Origin: an uncultured Actinomycetota bacterium
GTDB lineage: Bacteria; Actinomycetota; Aquicultoria; SKW223; CALKMS01
NCBI GenBank assembly: GCA_964426525.1
Contig: CAYRQL010000002.1
Location: forward strand, 12,753-76,752
DNA length: 64,000 bases
Reading direction: 5' to 3'
Below are positions 10,823 through 21,634 of this stretch, one piece after another. Numbering within the stretch: position 1 is the first letter of the stretch; the number at the start of each line of letters is the position of its first letter. A model generated the notes under the pieces. It worked only from the letters and a program-made list of their open reading frames with translations. It was not told where the DNA came from and did no database searches. A program made the translations under genes and the position numbers.

Positions 10823-11645
10823 TTACATCAACCTTTCTTATGAATTTTTTTAACACATCCTTAACCAGAGGAACCTGGTCTTTGGCAATCGCTAACCTCT
10901 TTTCACTGCTTAAAACATTCGTTGCTTTTCCGTTTACAACAATTAAGGATGCAAACTTAAGGCCCAGAGCAGTTGCAATGATTGTCTCGGGATAACCGGA
11001 ATAGCAAACCAAATCAGCACCGGTTTTTTTTAAAAAGCGAGCTTCAGCTGGAGTTTCAACCACTGGCCCACGCTTAAAAGCAATTACTCCTTCCCCCCAG
11101 ACTGCTTTTTTTTCTTCGAGCAATTCTGCCAGAATTCTCGCCAGTTCTTTACTGTAAACTTCACTTGCCGGTTTAAGGCTCATAACACTTTCTCCCTCAG
11201 TTATACCGGAAAGTGGATTTTCATCTATAAAGCTTAAATAGTCTCGCGCCAGCACTAACTTGCTCTGAACATCTTTATCTTCAAGAGCAAAACCTTCAGT
11301 CAAATAGAGTAAGACTTTTACTCCTAACTGTGAAAGAATCCAAACTGGATAGGCAACGCTCCGAGCCGTATAGCCTTCAAACAAATTAAAATGACCTTCA
11401 AGTAGTACGACCTTTTTATCTGAAAACTCAGAAAAAAGAAGTTTCTTTCCATACCCATAGGAAAGAATCACAGGAAAATTAGGAATACTTTGAAGGTCAA
11501 AACCCCTTGCAGATGTTAAAAACTGAGAGGCTTTCTCCAATCCAAAGCCTAAAATTATGCCAACATCAGCACTTGTCAATCCGTTGTTTCGGAAAAAACT
11601 TAAGGTTTCTTCTGTTTCCTCCCTCAATCTTTCGGCCGGATCCAT
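10812..11645 (-). CDS. Purine-nucleoside phosphorylase (PNP-I) homolog with a degenerate phosphate site
   Basis: PNP-I order of motifs is recognisable (GIILGxG, GxxxxxEG, GPxxETPAE, GADLV..S..PE), but several catalytic residues are substituted (see findings). Confidence 0.75.
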   Translation of the reverse strand: MDPAERLREETEETLSFFRNNGLTSADVGIILGFGLEKASQFLTSARGFDLQSIPNFPVILSYGYGKKLLFSEFSDKKVVLLEGHFNLFEGYTARSVAYPVWILSQLGVKVLLYLTEGFALEDKDVQSKLVLARDYLSFIDENPLSGITEGESVMSLKPASEVYSKELARILAELLEEKKAVWGEGVIAFKRGPVVETPAEARFLKKTGADLVCYSGYPETIIATALGLKFASLIVVNGKATNVLSSEKRLAIAKDQVPLVKDVLKKFIRKVDVNGV

Positions 11646-11657
11646 TTATCTCCTCTC

Positions 11658-12965
11658 TTAACCGGTTTGAGATTCAAACCTTTCCAACCTTTTTCTAAAT
11701 TCACCTAACGAGTCAAAGCCAAGAATTATTTTGATTTTTCTTTCACTCATCTTTTCTTCCTTTCTTAACTCACCAAAACCCAGCCAGCGGCGAACTTCCC
11801 GGGCAGTTAAACTCGTCTCACTGTTATAAATAATAATTGTCTGGCTTGTTTCTGAATAGTCTCCTACTTCACCCACTAAAAAACCGGCAAATTTTAGGTG
11901 TTCAGCAGTTTTTCGAGCCATCCCTTCAGTTTTAGTTGCATTAAAAACCGAAACTTGGGCTTTTTTAGCAAACACCGGGTCCGCAGTTGGCGGCTTAGAA
12001 AAATGCTTTTCGGCAAAGTATAAAACCTCAGAAAAACCAGCTTCATCAGGAATTACATAACTTGTTCCGGCAATTCTCCGGGGTATTCCAGGCAAAGAAA
12101 CAGTCACTAAATCTTCCTTTTTAATTGAAGAGAAAAGTCTGGCATAAGTTAACATTTCCGAAGCACTCATATCAGTTTTTAAGTTATCAGCCAAAATATC
12201 AATTAAGCGAGGTAAGCGCCAGACTGAAGACCAATTAGAAGCTTTGTCAACCACCGCCCTGAAAAATTTTTGCTGGCGTTCTATTCGCCCAAAATCTCCT
12301 TTTTCATCTTTTCTAAACCTCACATAGCCCAGAGCTTCATCGCCTTTTAAATGGTTTAAACCCAACTTAATATCAATCCGGCTCTTTTTATCAACAAGCT
12401 CCTTCTCAGCATAAATGTCAACCCCTCCCAAAGCATCGACTATTTTCTTAAACCCTCGAAAATCAACTTCAGCGTAGTGATTAATCTCGATATTCAAAAA
12501 CGACTTGATTGTTTTAATTAATAAACCGGGGCCCCCATAAGCATAAGAATGATTAATCTTAGTAAAACCATGGCCTTCAACTTTTACTCGGGTATCTCGC
12601 GGAATTGAAATTAAAACCGCTTTTCTTTTTAACGGATCTAGCCGAGCAATAATAATAGTATCTGAGCGACCAACTTTAATCTTGCCTCTGGCATCTGCTC
12701 CAATCAGTAAAACATTAAATGGTTTGAGCTCCTTGGTTCCGGTAAGCAAATCCTTTTCGATATTCTTATTTCTTTCCCTAATTTTACTTTGAAAACGCCA
12801 AATTTTATAAGAAGCGTAAGCAGTCAAGGAAAACAGCAAAATTAAAAAAACCGCCAACAAGCGGTAAAGAATTCTTCGAATTCGTCTAGGTTTTTTCTTT
12901 TCTCGCTCAACAAACTTTTTTAATTTCTTAATCTCTTTTTGGTCCAACAGCTTCTCCGGCAACAA
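11658..12965 (-). CDS. LCP (LytR-CpsA-Psr) family protein with LytR C-terminal domain
   Basis: TM anchor; VLLIGAD, RSDTIII, SIPRDT, KINHSY, YVRFR, DFGRIERQQ; C-terminal VSVFNAT...LKFAGF. Confidence 0.93.
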   Translation of the reverse strand: MLPEKLLDQKEIKKLKKFVEREKKKPRRIRRILYRLLAVFLILLFSLTAYASYKIWRFQSKIRERNKNIEKDLLTGTKELKPFNVLLIGADARGKIKVGRSDTIIIARLDPLKRKAVLISIPRDTRVKVEGHGFTKINHSYAYGGPGLLIKTIKSFLNIEINHYAEVDFRGFKKIVDALGGVDIYAEKELVDKKSRIDIKLGLNHLKGDEALGYVRFRKDEKGDFGRIERQQKFFRAVVDKASNWSSVWRLPRLIDILADNLKTDMSASEMLTYARLFSSIKKEDLVTVSLPGIPRRIAGTSYVIPDEAGFSEVLYFAEKHFSKPPTADPVFAKKAQVSVFNATKTEGMARKTAEHLKFAGFLVGEVGDYSETSQTIIIYNSETSLTAREVRRWLGFGELRKEEKMSERKIKIILGFDSLGEFRKRLERFESQTG

Positions 12966-13383
12966 AAGTTAACAAGGCAGTGGTTACCACTTCTCCCCTC
13001 ACTCGAGCAGTCCCCTGAGCTTTACCAATGGCTCCCCTCATTTGTTCCATTTTTACTTCAAGCTCAACTACATCACCGGGGAAAACTGGCTTGCGAAAGC
13101 GCACTTTTTCCAGGCCAGCAAAAAATGGTATTTTTCCTTTAAATTCTGGCATTGAAAGTAAAGCCACTGCCCCCGTTTGCGCCAAAGCTTCAACAATTAT
13201 AACACCAGGCACAATAGGATAAGAAGGGAAATGACCTTTTAAAACCCATTCATCTTTAGCAATAGGCAGCAACCCAACCACTCTCTTTCCTGGTTCAAGC
13301 TCTCGAATCTCCCTAACAAAAAGAAATGGTGGGCGATGGGGAATAATTTCTTTTATTTGCTCTTCATTAAGTGGCAGTTTCAT
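12928..13383 (-). CDS. fabZ: 3-hydroxyacyl-ACP dehydratase
   Basis: IPHRPPFL, GHFP, PGVIIVEALAQ, FRKPVFPGD. Confidence 0.96.
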   Translation of the reverse strand: MKLPLNEEQIKEIIPHRPPFLFVREIRELEPGKRVVGLLPIAKDEWVLKGHFPSYPIVPGVIIVEALAQTGAVALLSMPEFKGKIPFFAGLEKVRFRKPVFPGDVVELEVKMEQMRGAIGKAQGTARVRGEVVTTALLTFVAGEAVGPKRD

Positions 13384-14657
13384 TTGCCTGCACTCCTTTC
13401 CTCATTTGATTCTATTCTTTCAATCTGAGCCCCAAGGCTCTTAAGTTTTTTCTCGATATTTTCATAGCCCCGATCAATGTGAGATACGTTTAAAACTTCT
13501 GAGGTACCTTGAGCAGCCAGAGAAGCTAAAATTAAAGCCGCTCCACCCCTGAGATCAGGAGCGCTGGTTGGAGCACCATAAAGCTCCTTGACTCCATTGA
13601 TGATCGCACGGTTGCTCTTAACCTCAATATCTGCTCCCAATCGATTAAGCTCATCAACATAAAGAAAGCGATTTTCAAAAATATTTTCGGTGACCACACT
13701 CACTCCTTCAGCCAAAGCAAGTAAAGCAACAATTTGAGGCTGGAGATCAGTCGGAAAACCTGGATAGGGAAAAGTAGCTACATCAATGGACTCTGTGTAA
13801 CCCTCTGAGCGAATGGAAATGCCTTTCTCAAGTCTTTTAATCTCCAACCCAGCTTCTTCTAATTTCATTAAAAATAATTCAAGATGCTCAGGATTAGCGT
13901 TGGAAACATAAACCTCGCCTCCGGTTATAGCACCAGCCAAAAGATAAGTGCCAGCCTCGATTCGATCGGGAATAGCCGAATAATCAACGCCCGACAAAGA
14001 GTCAACCCCTCTAATCACTAAAGTTGACTCTCCAATTCCTTCGATCTTTGCTCCCATCGCCTGGAGAAAATTGCAAAGATCAACAATCTCAGGCTCGCGA
14101 GCTGCATTTTCAATTACTATCGTTTCTCCTTTAGCTAAAACTGAAGCCATAATAAGGTTCTCGGTTGCCCCCACGCTAGGAAACTCTAAAAAAACTCTGC
14201 CGCCTTTAATTTTTTTTGCTGTAGCTTCAATATAGCCCCGATCTATTCTTATCTCCACCCCAAGCTGAGAAAGCCCTTTTAAGTGAAGATTTATCTTTCG
14301 GCGGCCAATGTTGCAGCCACCAGGTTTGGCCACTCGAGCTTCCCCAAAACGCCCAACTAAAGGGCCAAGAACAATTATTGAAGCCCGCATTAAGCTAACA
14401 AGTTCGTAAGGTGTTTCGAAGTTATTTAAACTGGGCTCAATGGACAACACATGATTTTGAAACTCAACTCCAGCCCCCAAACGTTCTAGTACTTCCTTCA
14501 TAATAAAAACATCCTTAATTTCCGGAACATTCCTAATAGTTGAGGGCGTCTCAGCTAACAGACTTGCAGCCATCAATTTCAAAACCGAGTTCTTTGCCCC
14601 CCCAACTTGAGTTTCACCTCTTAAGCTTTTCCCACCCCTAATAATGAGTTTTTCCAT
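13380..14657 (-). CDS. murA: UDP-N-acetylglucosamine 1-carboxyvinyltransferase
   Basis: GAKNS, MRASIIVLGP, PGGCNIG (catalytic Cys), SVGATEN, DRIEAGT, PGFPTD, FENRF, DLRGG. Confidence 0.98.
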   Translation of the reverse strand: MEKLIIRGGKSLRGETQVGGAKNSVLKLMAASLLAETPSTIRNVPEIKDVFIMKEVLERLGAGVEFQNHVLSIEPSLNNFETPYELVSLMRASIIVLGPLVGRFGEARVAKPGGCNIGRRKINLHLKGLSQLGVEIRIDRGYIEATAKKIKGGRVFLEFPSVGATENLIMASVLAKGETIVIENAAREPEIVDLCNFLQAMGAKIEGIGESTLVIRGVDSLSGVDYSAIPDRIEAGTYLLAGAITGGEVYVSNANPEHLELFLMKLEEAGLEIKRLEKGISIRSEGYTESIDVATFPYPGFPTDLQPQIVALLALAEGVSVVTENIFENRFLYVDELNRLGADIEVKSNRAIINGVKELYGAPTSAPDLRGGAALILASLAAQGTSEVLNVSHIDRGYENIEKKLKSLGAQIERIESNEERSAGK

Positions 14658-14680
14658 TTATTACTCCTTCAGATTACTTT

Positions 14681-14709
14681 AGATTAATTGGAAGAAATTT
14701 TATCGTCAA
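14681..14709 (-). promoter_or_regulatory. Putative sigma70-type promoter for murA
   Basis: Minus strand TTGACG-17 bp-TAATCT, followed by a GAAGGAG Shine-Dalgarno before the murA ATG. Confidence 0.45.
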
Positions 14710-14722
14710 GAAAAGAGAAGTA

Positions 14723-15133
14723 TTAACTGGGTTTTCGCGATGAGACTTTTAGTCTCAAAAGTGCTTTTTCCAGAGACTTTTGAGCTTTCTCAAGATCCTC
14801 AGCTGAAGTCCCTTCTTCAGAAAGCTTTCTTTCGGCCTCTTGCTTAGCTTTTTGCGCTCTCTCTACATCGATCTGGCTAGCGAGCTCAGCTGCTTCTGAA
14901 AGCACAGTAACTCTGTCTTCAAAAACCTCAAGATAGCCACCGTGAACTGCTATGTATTCTTGTTCTTCGCCTTTTTTTACTCTCAATTCGCCAACTTTTA
15001 GTAGAGCTATAAAAGGAGTGTGTAGAGGCAAAATACCGAATTCTCCATCGGTGCCAGTCGCTACCACCATGTCAACTTCATCAGCGTAAACAATTTTTTC
15101 TGGTGTAATAACCTGGCAATAAAGCTTTCTCAT
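14723..15133 (-). CDS. atpC: ATP synthase F1 epsilon
   Basis: VITPEK, GEFGILPLH, GGYLEV, C-terminal helices; position in the operon. Confidence 0.96.
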   Translation of the reverse strand: MRKLYCQVITPEKIVYADEVDMVVATGTDGEFGILPLHTPFIALLKVGELRVKKGEEQEYIAVHGGYLEVFEDRVTVLSEAAELASQIDVERAQKAKQEAERKLSEEGTSAEDLEKAQKSLEKALLRLKVSSRKPS

Positions 15134-15145
15134 GCTTACCTGCTC

Positions 15146-16564
<1,419 letters not shown>

Positions 16565-17458
16565 CTAAACACCTCTCTTTTTTTCTTTTGCATATTTTAT
16601 AGCTTCAGCACAGGTTGAAATCTCAGTAATTTCTTGAGTTATCTGAGACTGCCTTGCTTTATTAAAAGCCAGAGTTAAGTTTTTTATCATTTCTTGAGCA
16701 TTGTCTGTTGCGTTTTTCATCGCCAGTCGCCGAGCCGCTTGTTCGCTGGCTACTGACTCCAGAAAAGCTCGAAAAACTAAAGTTTCAATGTAGATTGGCA
16801 ATAATGAGGAAAGCACTACCTCAGCACGTGGTTCGAAAAGAAACTCGGCCTGAACTTTTTTTTCTTCCTTTTCTATCTTGGCCTCACCAATTGGAAGCAA
16901 AAGATGCTCAATTGGCCTATGCTCTGAAAGAGATTTGAAATGGTTAAAAACTAAAATGACCTTATCTACCTTTTGCTGAATATACTCTTCAATTAAAAGG
17001 TCAGCCACTTCTTTAGCTTCGAAATAAGAAGGCTCCTCTCCAAAAACAAACTCTTTATAGGGAGTGGGGCCAACAAATCGATAGTAATTTATTCCCTTCC
17101 GACCAACCACCCCTAACTTAGTCTCCAAACCAGCTTCCTTTTCCCTCTTTAAAATTAAGTCTGTTTTCTTTATTAAATTTGAGTTGAAAGAGCCACATAA
17201 GCCACGGTTTGAAGTTATTACCAAAACAAAAGATGTTTTTGCTGGCTCGTGCTTTTCTAGCAAGGGGTGGGTAAATTCCGCCGTAAAAGCCGTAACATCT
17301 TCCAATAACTCAATCATTTTTAAAGCATAAGGACGGGCAGCTTCTATTCGGGCTTGCGCCTTTTTGATTTTAGCTGCAGCCACCATCTCCATTGTCTTAG
17401 TTATTTGTTGGGTGCTTTGAACACTCTTTATCCTTCGCTTAATCTGGCGCGTTTTCAA
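16565..17458 (-). CDS. atpG: ATP synthase F1 gamma
   Basis: ITKTMEMVAAAK, RGLCGSFN, MKNATDNA, RQSQITQEI. Confidence 0.98.
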   Translation of the reverse strand: MKTRQIKRRIKSVQSTQQITKTMEMVAAAKIKKAQARIEAARPYALKMIELLEDVTAFTAEFTHPLLEKHEPAKTSFVLVITSNRGLCGSFNSNLIKKTDLILKREKEAGLETKLGVVGRKGINYYRFVGPTPYKEFVFGEEPSYFEAKEVADLLIEEYIQQKVDKVILVFNHFKSLSEHRPIEHLLLPIGEAKIEKEEKKVQAEFLFEPRAEVVLSSLLPIYIETLVFRAFLESVASEQAARRLAMKNATDNAQEMIKNLTLAFNKARQSQITQEITEISTCAEAIKYAKEKKRGV

Positions 17459-17467
17459 AATACTCTC

Positions 17468-18979
17468 CTAAGCAAAACTTTGTTTGAACTCCTTGATTGC
17501 CTTAACTAATTCCTTTTCCATTTCTTCACTTAAAGCCTTCTCTTTTTCAATTTTTTCAATAATCGAGGGATATGCTGTCTCAATAAACTGCAAAAACCCT
17601 TCTTCAAATTCTTTTACTTTTTCTACGGGTATATCATCAAGATATCCCTGAGTCCCAGTATAAATCGACAGAATTTGCTTACCAACTGGCATTGGTTGAT
17701 AGCGAGGCTGTTTTAAAAGTTCAATCATCCTTCGACCACGCTCAATTTGAGCTTGAGTTGCTTTGTCAAGCTCAGTTCCTAATTGCGCAAAGGCTTCAAG
17801 CTCTCGATATTGAGCGAGGTCCAAGCGCAATTTGCCGGCCACTTGTTTCATTGCTTTAATTTGGGCCGCGCCACCCACTCGAGAAACAGAAATACCAACA
17901 TTAATAGCGGGACGAATGCCAGCGTAAAAAAGGTCAGACTCAAGATAAATCTGACCATCAGTGATTGAAATAACATTGGTCGGAATGTAAGCAGACACAT
18001 CGCCAGCTTGAGTTTCAATAATGGGCAAGGCAGTTAAAGAACCGCCGCCTCGAGCCTCGCTTAACTTGGCTGCTCTTTCTAAAAGTCGGGAATGGAGATA
18101 AAAAACATCACCAGGATAAGCTTCGCGCCCTGGAGGTCGACGCAAAAGCAAAGAAAGTTGGCGATAAGCAACTGCATGTTTGGAAAGGTCATCATAAATT
18201 GCCAGGGTATGTTTTCCCTGATACATAAAGTGTTCAGCCATAGCACAACCAGCATAAGGAGCTAGATACTGAAGTGGCGCCGGCGAGCTGGCTGGAGCAT
18301 TTACCACAATCGTATATTCCATAGCGCCATATTTCTCCAGTGTTTCGACCACTTGAGCCACCGTCGAAGCTTTCTGGCCAATGGCAACATAAACACATAT
18401 AACATCGCCGCCGCGCTGATTAATAATGGCATCAATAGCAATAGCTGTTTTTCCCGTCTGTCGATCGCCAATTATTAACTCTCGCTGGCCTCGCCCAATC
18501 GGAATCATTGCATCAATTGCTTTAATACCGGTCTGTAAAGGCTCGTTTACTTTTTGCCTATCGACAACACCGGGAGCTTTAAATTCGACAGGGCGATAAT
18601 TCTCTGACTCAATAGGCCCGCGCCCATCCAAAGGTTGCCCTAAGGGATTAACTGTCCGGCCAATAAGAGCTTCACCCACTGGAACCTGAAGAATTTTACC
18701 GGTTGATTTCACGAGGTCGCCTTCTTTTATGGAAGTTTCTTCGCTTAGTAGAACTGCTCCAATTTCTTTATCTTCCAAATTCAAAGCCAAGCCGTAAACC
18801 TGGCCAGGGAACTCAAGCATTTCGCCTGCCATTGCTCCTTCCAGTCCAATAATTCGAGCTATTCCATCGCCAACCTCAATAACCTCTCCAACTTCAGCCA
18901 CCCGAGGTTCAGCTCTCAAATCACCAAGCTCCTCTTTAAGTAGTTTTTCTATTTCTTTAGCTTCAATCTTAATATCCAT
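17468..18979 (-). CDS. atpA: ATP synthase F1 alpha
   Basis: [35 protein letters not shown]. Confidence 0.99.
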   Translation of the reverse strand: MDIKIEAKEIEKLLKEELGDLRAEPRVAEVGEVIEVGDGIARIIGLEGAMAGEMLEFPGQVYGLALNLEDKEIGAVLLSEETSIKEGDLVKSTGKILQVPVGEALIGRTVNPLGQPLDGRGPIESENYRPVEFKAPGVVDRQKVNEPLQTGIKAIDAMIPIGRGQRELIIGDRQTGKTAIAIDAIINQRGGDVICVYVAIGQKASTVAQVVETLEKYGAMEYTIVVNAPASSPAPLQYLAPYAGCAMAEHFMYQGKHTLAIYDDLSKHAVAYRQLSLLLRRPPGREAYPGDVFYLHSRLLERAAKLSEARGGGSLTALPIIETQAGDVSAYIPTNVISITDGQIYLESDLFYAGIRPAINVGISVSRVGGAAQIKAMKQVAGKLRLDLAQYRELEAFAQLGTELDKATQAQIERGRRMIELLKQPRYQPMPVGKQILSIYTGTQGYLDDIPVEKVKEFEEGFLQFIETAYPSIIEKIEKEKALSEEMEKELVKAIKEFKQSFA

Positions 18980-18990
18980 TTTTCGACCTC

Positions 18991-19530
18991 CTACTCTCTG
19001 GAAGCAAAAGTTAACCGGGCTTCGTTAAGCCGACCCTTCAAACTGCCATCTATTATTCGGTCGCCAACTCGAATCACTATGCCGCCCAAAATGCTTTCAT
19101 CTACACGGCACTTTAAAGCAATTTCCTTTCCGGTAGCTTCCGACAAAACACTTAAAATCCTGTTTTTTAAATCATTATCAAGAGATTGAGCCGTTATAAC
19201 TTCAGCCGTTAATTTGTTTTCCTTTTTATATCTGATTTGTGAAAACTCTTTAACTATTGAAGGCAGGTTTTCAATTAGACCGCTTTCAATCAATAAAACC
19301 AGAAAACCAAAAGTTAAACCTGAAACTTTGTCCCGAAAGGCTTTGGAAAAAACCTGTAATTTTTTTTCCGGTGGTATCTTGCGACTAATTAAAGCTTCTT
19401 TAAGCTCAGGCAGAGAGCTTAAAGCTTTAGCTGTTTCCTCAAGCTCGGCCTCAAGCTTGAGCGTGTCTTTCCCTTCAGCTAGCTCCCAAAATGCTTGAGC
19501 TGCTTTTTGAGCTTCGCTTTCAGTTTTCAT
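18991..19530 (-). CDS. atpH: ATP synthase F1 delta
   Basis: [21 protein letters not shown]; position in the operon. Confidence 0.95.
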   Translation of the reverse strand: MKTESEAQKAAQAFWELAEGKDTLKLEAELEETAKALSSLPELKEALISRKIPPEKKLQVFSKAFRDKVSGLTFGFLVLLIESGLIENLPSIVKEFSQIRYKKENKLTAEVITAQSLDNDLKNRILSVLSEATGKEIALKCRVDESILGGIVIRVGDRIIDGSLKGRLNEARLTFASRE

Positions 19531-20017
19531 TTAAACTTTTCACCTGCTTGAGTGTTTCTTCAATCAACCTTTTGTTGTCTTCTGAAGTTATATTCTTAGC
19601 AAGCAAGCGGGAAGCAATATCCAAGGCTAAATCACCGGTTTTCTGTTGAAGTTCCTTAAAAGCTTTTTCTTTTTCTCTTATAATTTCGGCTTGAGCTTTT
19701 TCTACAATCTTCTGGGCTTCTTCTTGGGCTTTCCTAATCATTTCCTCTTTTGCGCTTTCGCCTAACTTTCTTCCCTGTTCAACAATAGCCTGAGCTTCTC
19801 TCTTTGCTTCTTCAAGCTGTTTTTTGTACTCGGTCATCAATCTTTCAGCTTCTTCCCTAGTTTCCTCGGCTTTCCTTAAAGACTCATCGATTCTTTTCTC
19901 TCTTTCTTCAAGAATCTTAACAATCGAAGGGAAAACAAAACGAGAAAGCAAAACAAAAAGCAGCAAAAAAGCTAAGATTGACCAAATTGCCTGGTTAATT
20001 GTTGGTATGACTTCCAC
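19520..20017 (-). CDS. atpF: ATP synthase Fo subunit b
   Basis: Single TM helix, then ILEEREKRI and a long coiled coil. Confidence 0.95.
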   Translation of the reverse strand: MEVIPTINQAIWSILAFLLLFVLLSRFVFPSIVKILEEREKRIDESLRKAEETREEAERLMTEYKKQLEEAKREAQAIVEQGRKLGESAKEEMIRKAQEEAQKIVEKAQAEIIREKEKAFKELQQKTGDLALDIASRLLAKNITSEDNKRLIEETLKQVKSLNEN

Positions 20018-20028
20018 TTTTTTCTCCT

Positions 20029-20253
20029 TTATTTACCAGAAAGAATAAAAGCAATTACCAGAGCATAAAGAGCAACTGCCTCAGCAAAAGCCAGGCCGAT
20101 AAACATAGCTGTCCGAATCATTCCACCAGCCTCCGGTTGTCTAGCCATTGCTTCCTGGGATTTGGCAACCAGAATCCCGATGCCAATTGCTGGCCCGAAA
20201 GTTCCTAATCCCATTGCCAAACCAGCTGCTAAATAAGCCAATCCCTTTTCCAT
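20029..20253 (-). CDS. atpE: ATP synthase Fo subunit c, probably H+-coupled
   Basis: ARQPE loop and FAEAVALY. It lacks the Na+-binding Q...ES/T signature (PAIGIG; E followed by AV). Confidence 0.97.
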   Translation of the reverse strand: MEKGLAYLAAGLAMGLGTFGPAIGIGILVAKSQEAMARQPEAGGMIRTAMFIGLAFAEAVALYALVIAFILSGK

Positions 20254-20277
20254 CTAACACACCTCCTAAAAAATTAA

Positions 20278-21051
20278 TTAATGTTCAGGGTGCACTGCAC
20301 CCGAAATATAAATGGCTGTCAAGATTGAAAAAATATAAGCCTGGATAAAGGCAACAAAAATTTCAAAAGCCATCATAATTAACACTCCAGCAAACGGTAA
20401 AAGCTTGACCCAAAAAATCGAAGTCGCAGCCATAAAGGTAAAAACAGCTAAAACTGTATGGCCAGCCAGCATATTGGCAAATAAACGCACAGCCAGAGAA
20501 ACTGGGCGAAAGAAATGGCTAATTAACTCTAAAAGAAAAAGAAAAGGAGCGAGATAAAAAGGAACCCCAGAGGGCACAATGTTTTTAAGATACTTAATAG
20601 GGCCTTGCTTTTTGATGCCAACCAGGTTATATACTAAAAATACTAAAACTCCCCAGGCAAAAGTCGTGCCAGTTAGGGCGGTTGAGGTTTTCATACCCGG
20701 GAAAACCAGATGTTCTCCAACTTTTATCCCCGGGATTGGAATCAGTCCAAGTAAATTTACAAAAAAAATAAAAAAGAAAATAGTGGCAACGAAAGGTAAG
20801 AAAGGTTTGCCCTCCGGGCCCATAATATTCAAAATCATCTCTTGATAAATGAACTCCACCACTGCCTCAACTGCATTATAGAAACCCCGAGGGACAAGCT
20901 GTGCTTTGCGAGCCGCAATGTAAAGCAAAATAAAAACTAAAGCACAAGCGACCAGAAGCCAGACCACGTAATCAGTAATTGACAAATCCAAAACGCCAAA
21001 CTTTAAATGAATAAGTTCGTGTGGTTTAAACTCATTAAGTATTTCTTCCAA
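20278..21051 (-). CDS. atpB: ATP synthase Fo subunit a
   Basis: RPVSLAVRLFANMLAGH, EIFVAFIQAYIF. Confidence 0.98.
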   Translation of the reverse strand: MEEILNEFKPHELIHLKFGVLDLSITDYVVWLLVACALVFILLYIAARKAQLVPRGFYNAVEAVVEFIYQEMILNIMGPEGKPFLPFVATIFFFIFFVNLLGLIPIPGIKVGEHLVFPGMKTSTALTGTTFAWGVLVFLVYNLVGIKKQGPIKYLKNIVPSGVPFYLAPFLFLLELISHFFRPVSLAVRLFANMLAGHTVLAVFTFMAATSIFWVKLLPFAGVLIMMAFEIFVAFIQAYIFSILTAIYISGAVHPEH

Positions 21052-21069
21052 GCTTAATTCTCACCTCAC

Positions 21070-21435
21070 TTAATTATTTTTTTCACTTCCGTCGAACCCA
21101 TAAAGCCAAGCAAGAAAAGCTGCGGTAGAAAAATAACATAAAAAAAAGAGAAAAGCAAACAAAAATTTTTGAGTCATAAAATTCTGTTTGTTCAGGTAAA
21201 AAAGGCTAAAGAAAAGAGGCACGGATAAAAAAATCCATATTATCGCCAACAATGTTAAAACCCTGCCTTTAAAATTTCTAAGAACCAAAAGATAAAAGCC
21301 AGAGAAGAAAATTAAAAAAATTAAAAAAGGCAAGTAAAAAGGCAAACGGAAAATTAGAAAGATGATTGTTTGTGTAAAAATAAAAGCTAAAGCATAAACC
21401 AGGCTAATTAAATCTGTTTTTTTCTCTTTCTTCAT
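21070..21435 (-). CDS. Divergent membrane protein, probable ATP synthase protein I
   Basis: Four hydrophobic segments, located between the AtpZ-like gene and atpB. The call rests on position only. Confidence 0.5.
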   Translation of the reverse strand: MKKEKKTDLISLVYALAFIFTQTIIFLIFRLPFYLPFLIFLIFFSGFYLLVLRNFKGRVLTLLAIIWIFLSVPLFFSLFYLNKQNFMTQKFLFAFLFFLCYFSTAAFLAWLYGFDGSEKNN

Positions 21436-21634
21436 CCTGTTTTAAACCAATCCAGAAGTTATAATAACCAAGAAAAGCACCGATTAAGGCTCCAAAAACC
21501 GTCAGCCAGGGATGGGTACTATACTTCTTATCCAGCCAATAGCCTAAATAAGTTAATACCAGCACAGAGGCAGCAAAATCAAATCCCCAGCTGCTGTAGC
21601 GAGCTAAGTCTTTAAGCCATTTTTTACTTTCCAC
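21404..21634 (-). CDS. AtpZ/AtpI family protein
   Basis: GFDFAASVLVLTYLGYWLDKKYSTHPW...G pattern, at the head of the atp operon. Confidence 0.85.
   Translation of the reverse strand: MESKKWLKDLARYSSWGFDFAASVLVLTYLGYWLDKKYSTHPWLTVFGALIGAFLGYYNFWIGLKQDEEREKNRFN

Noticed and set aside
10812-11645. Functional MTA phosphorylase (MtnP)
   Set aside because: It lacks the MTAP RHG, TACGS and DxD motifs; the retained residues are PNP-type.
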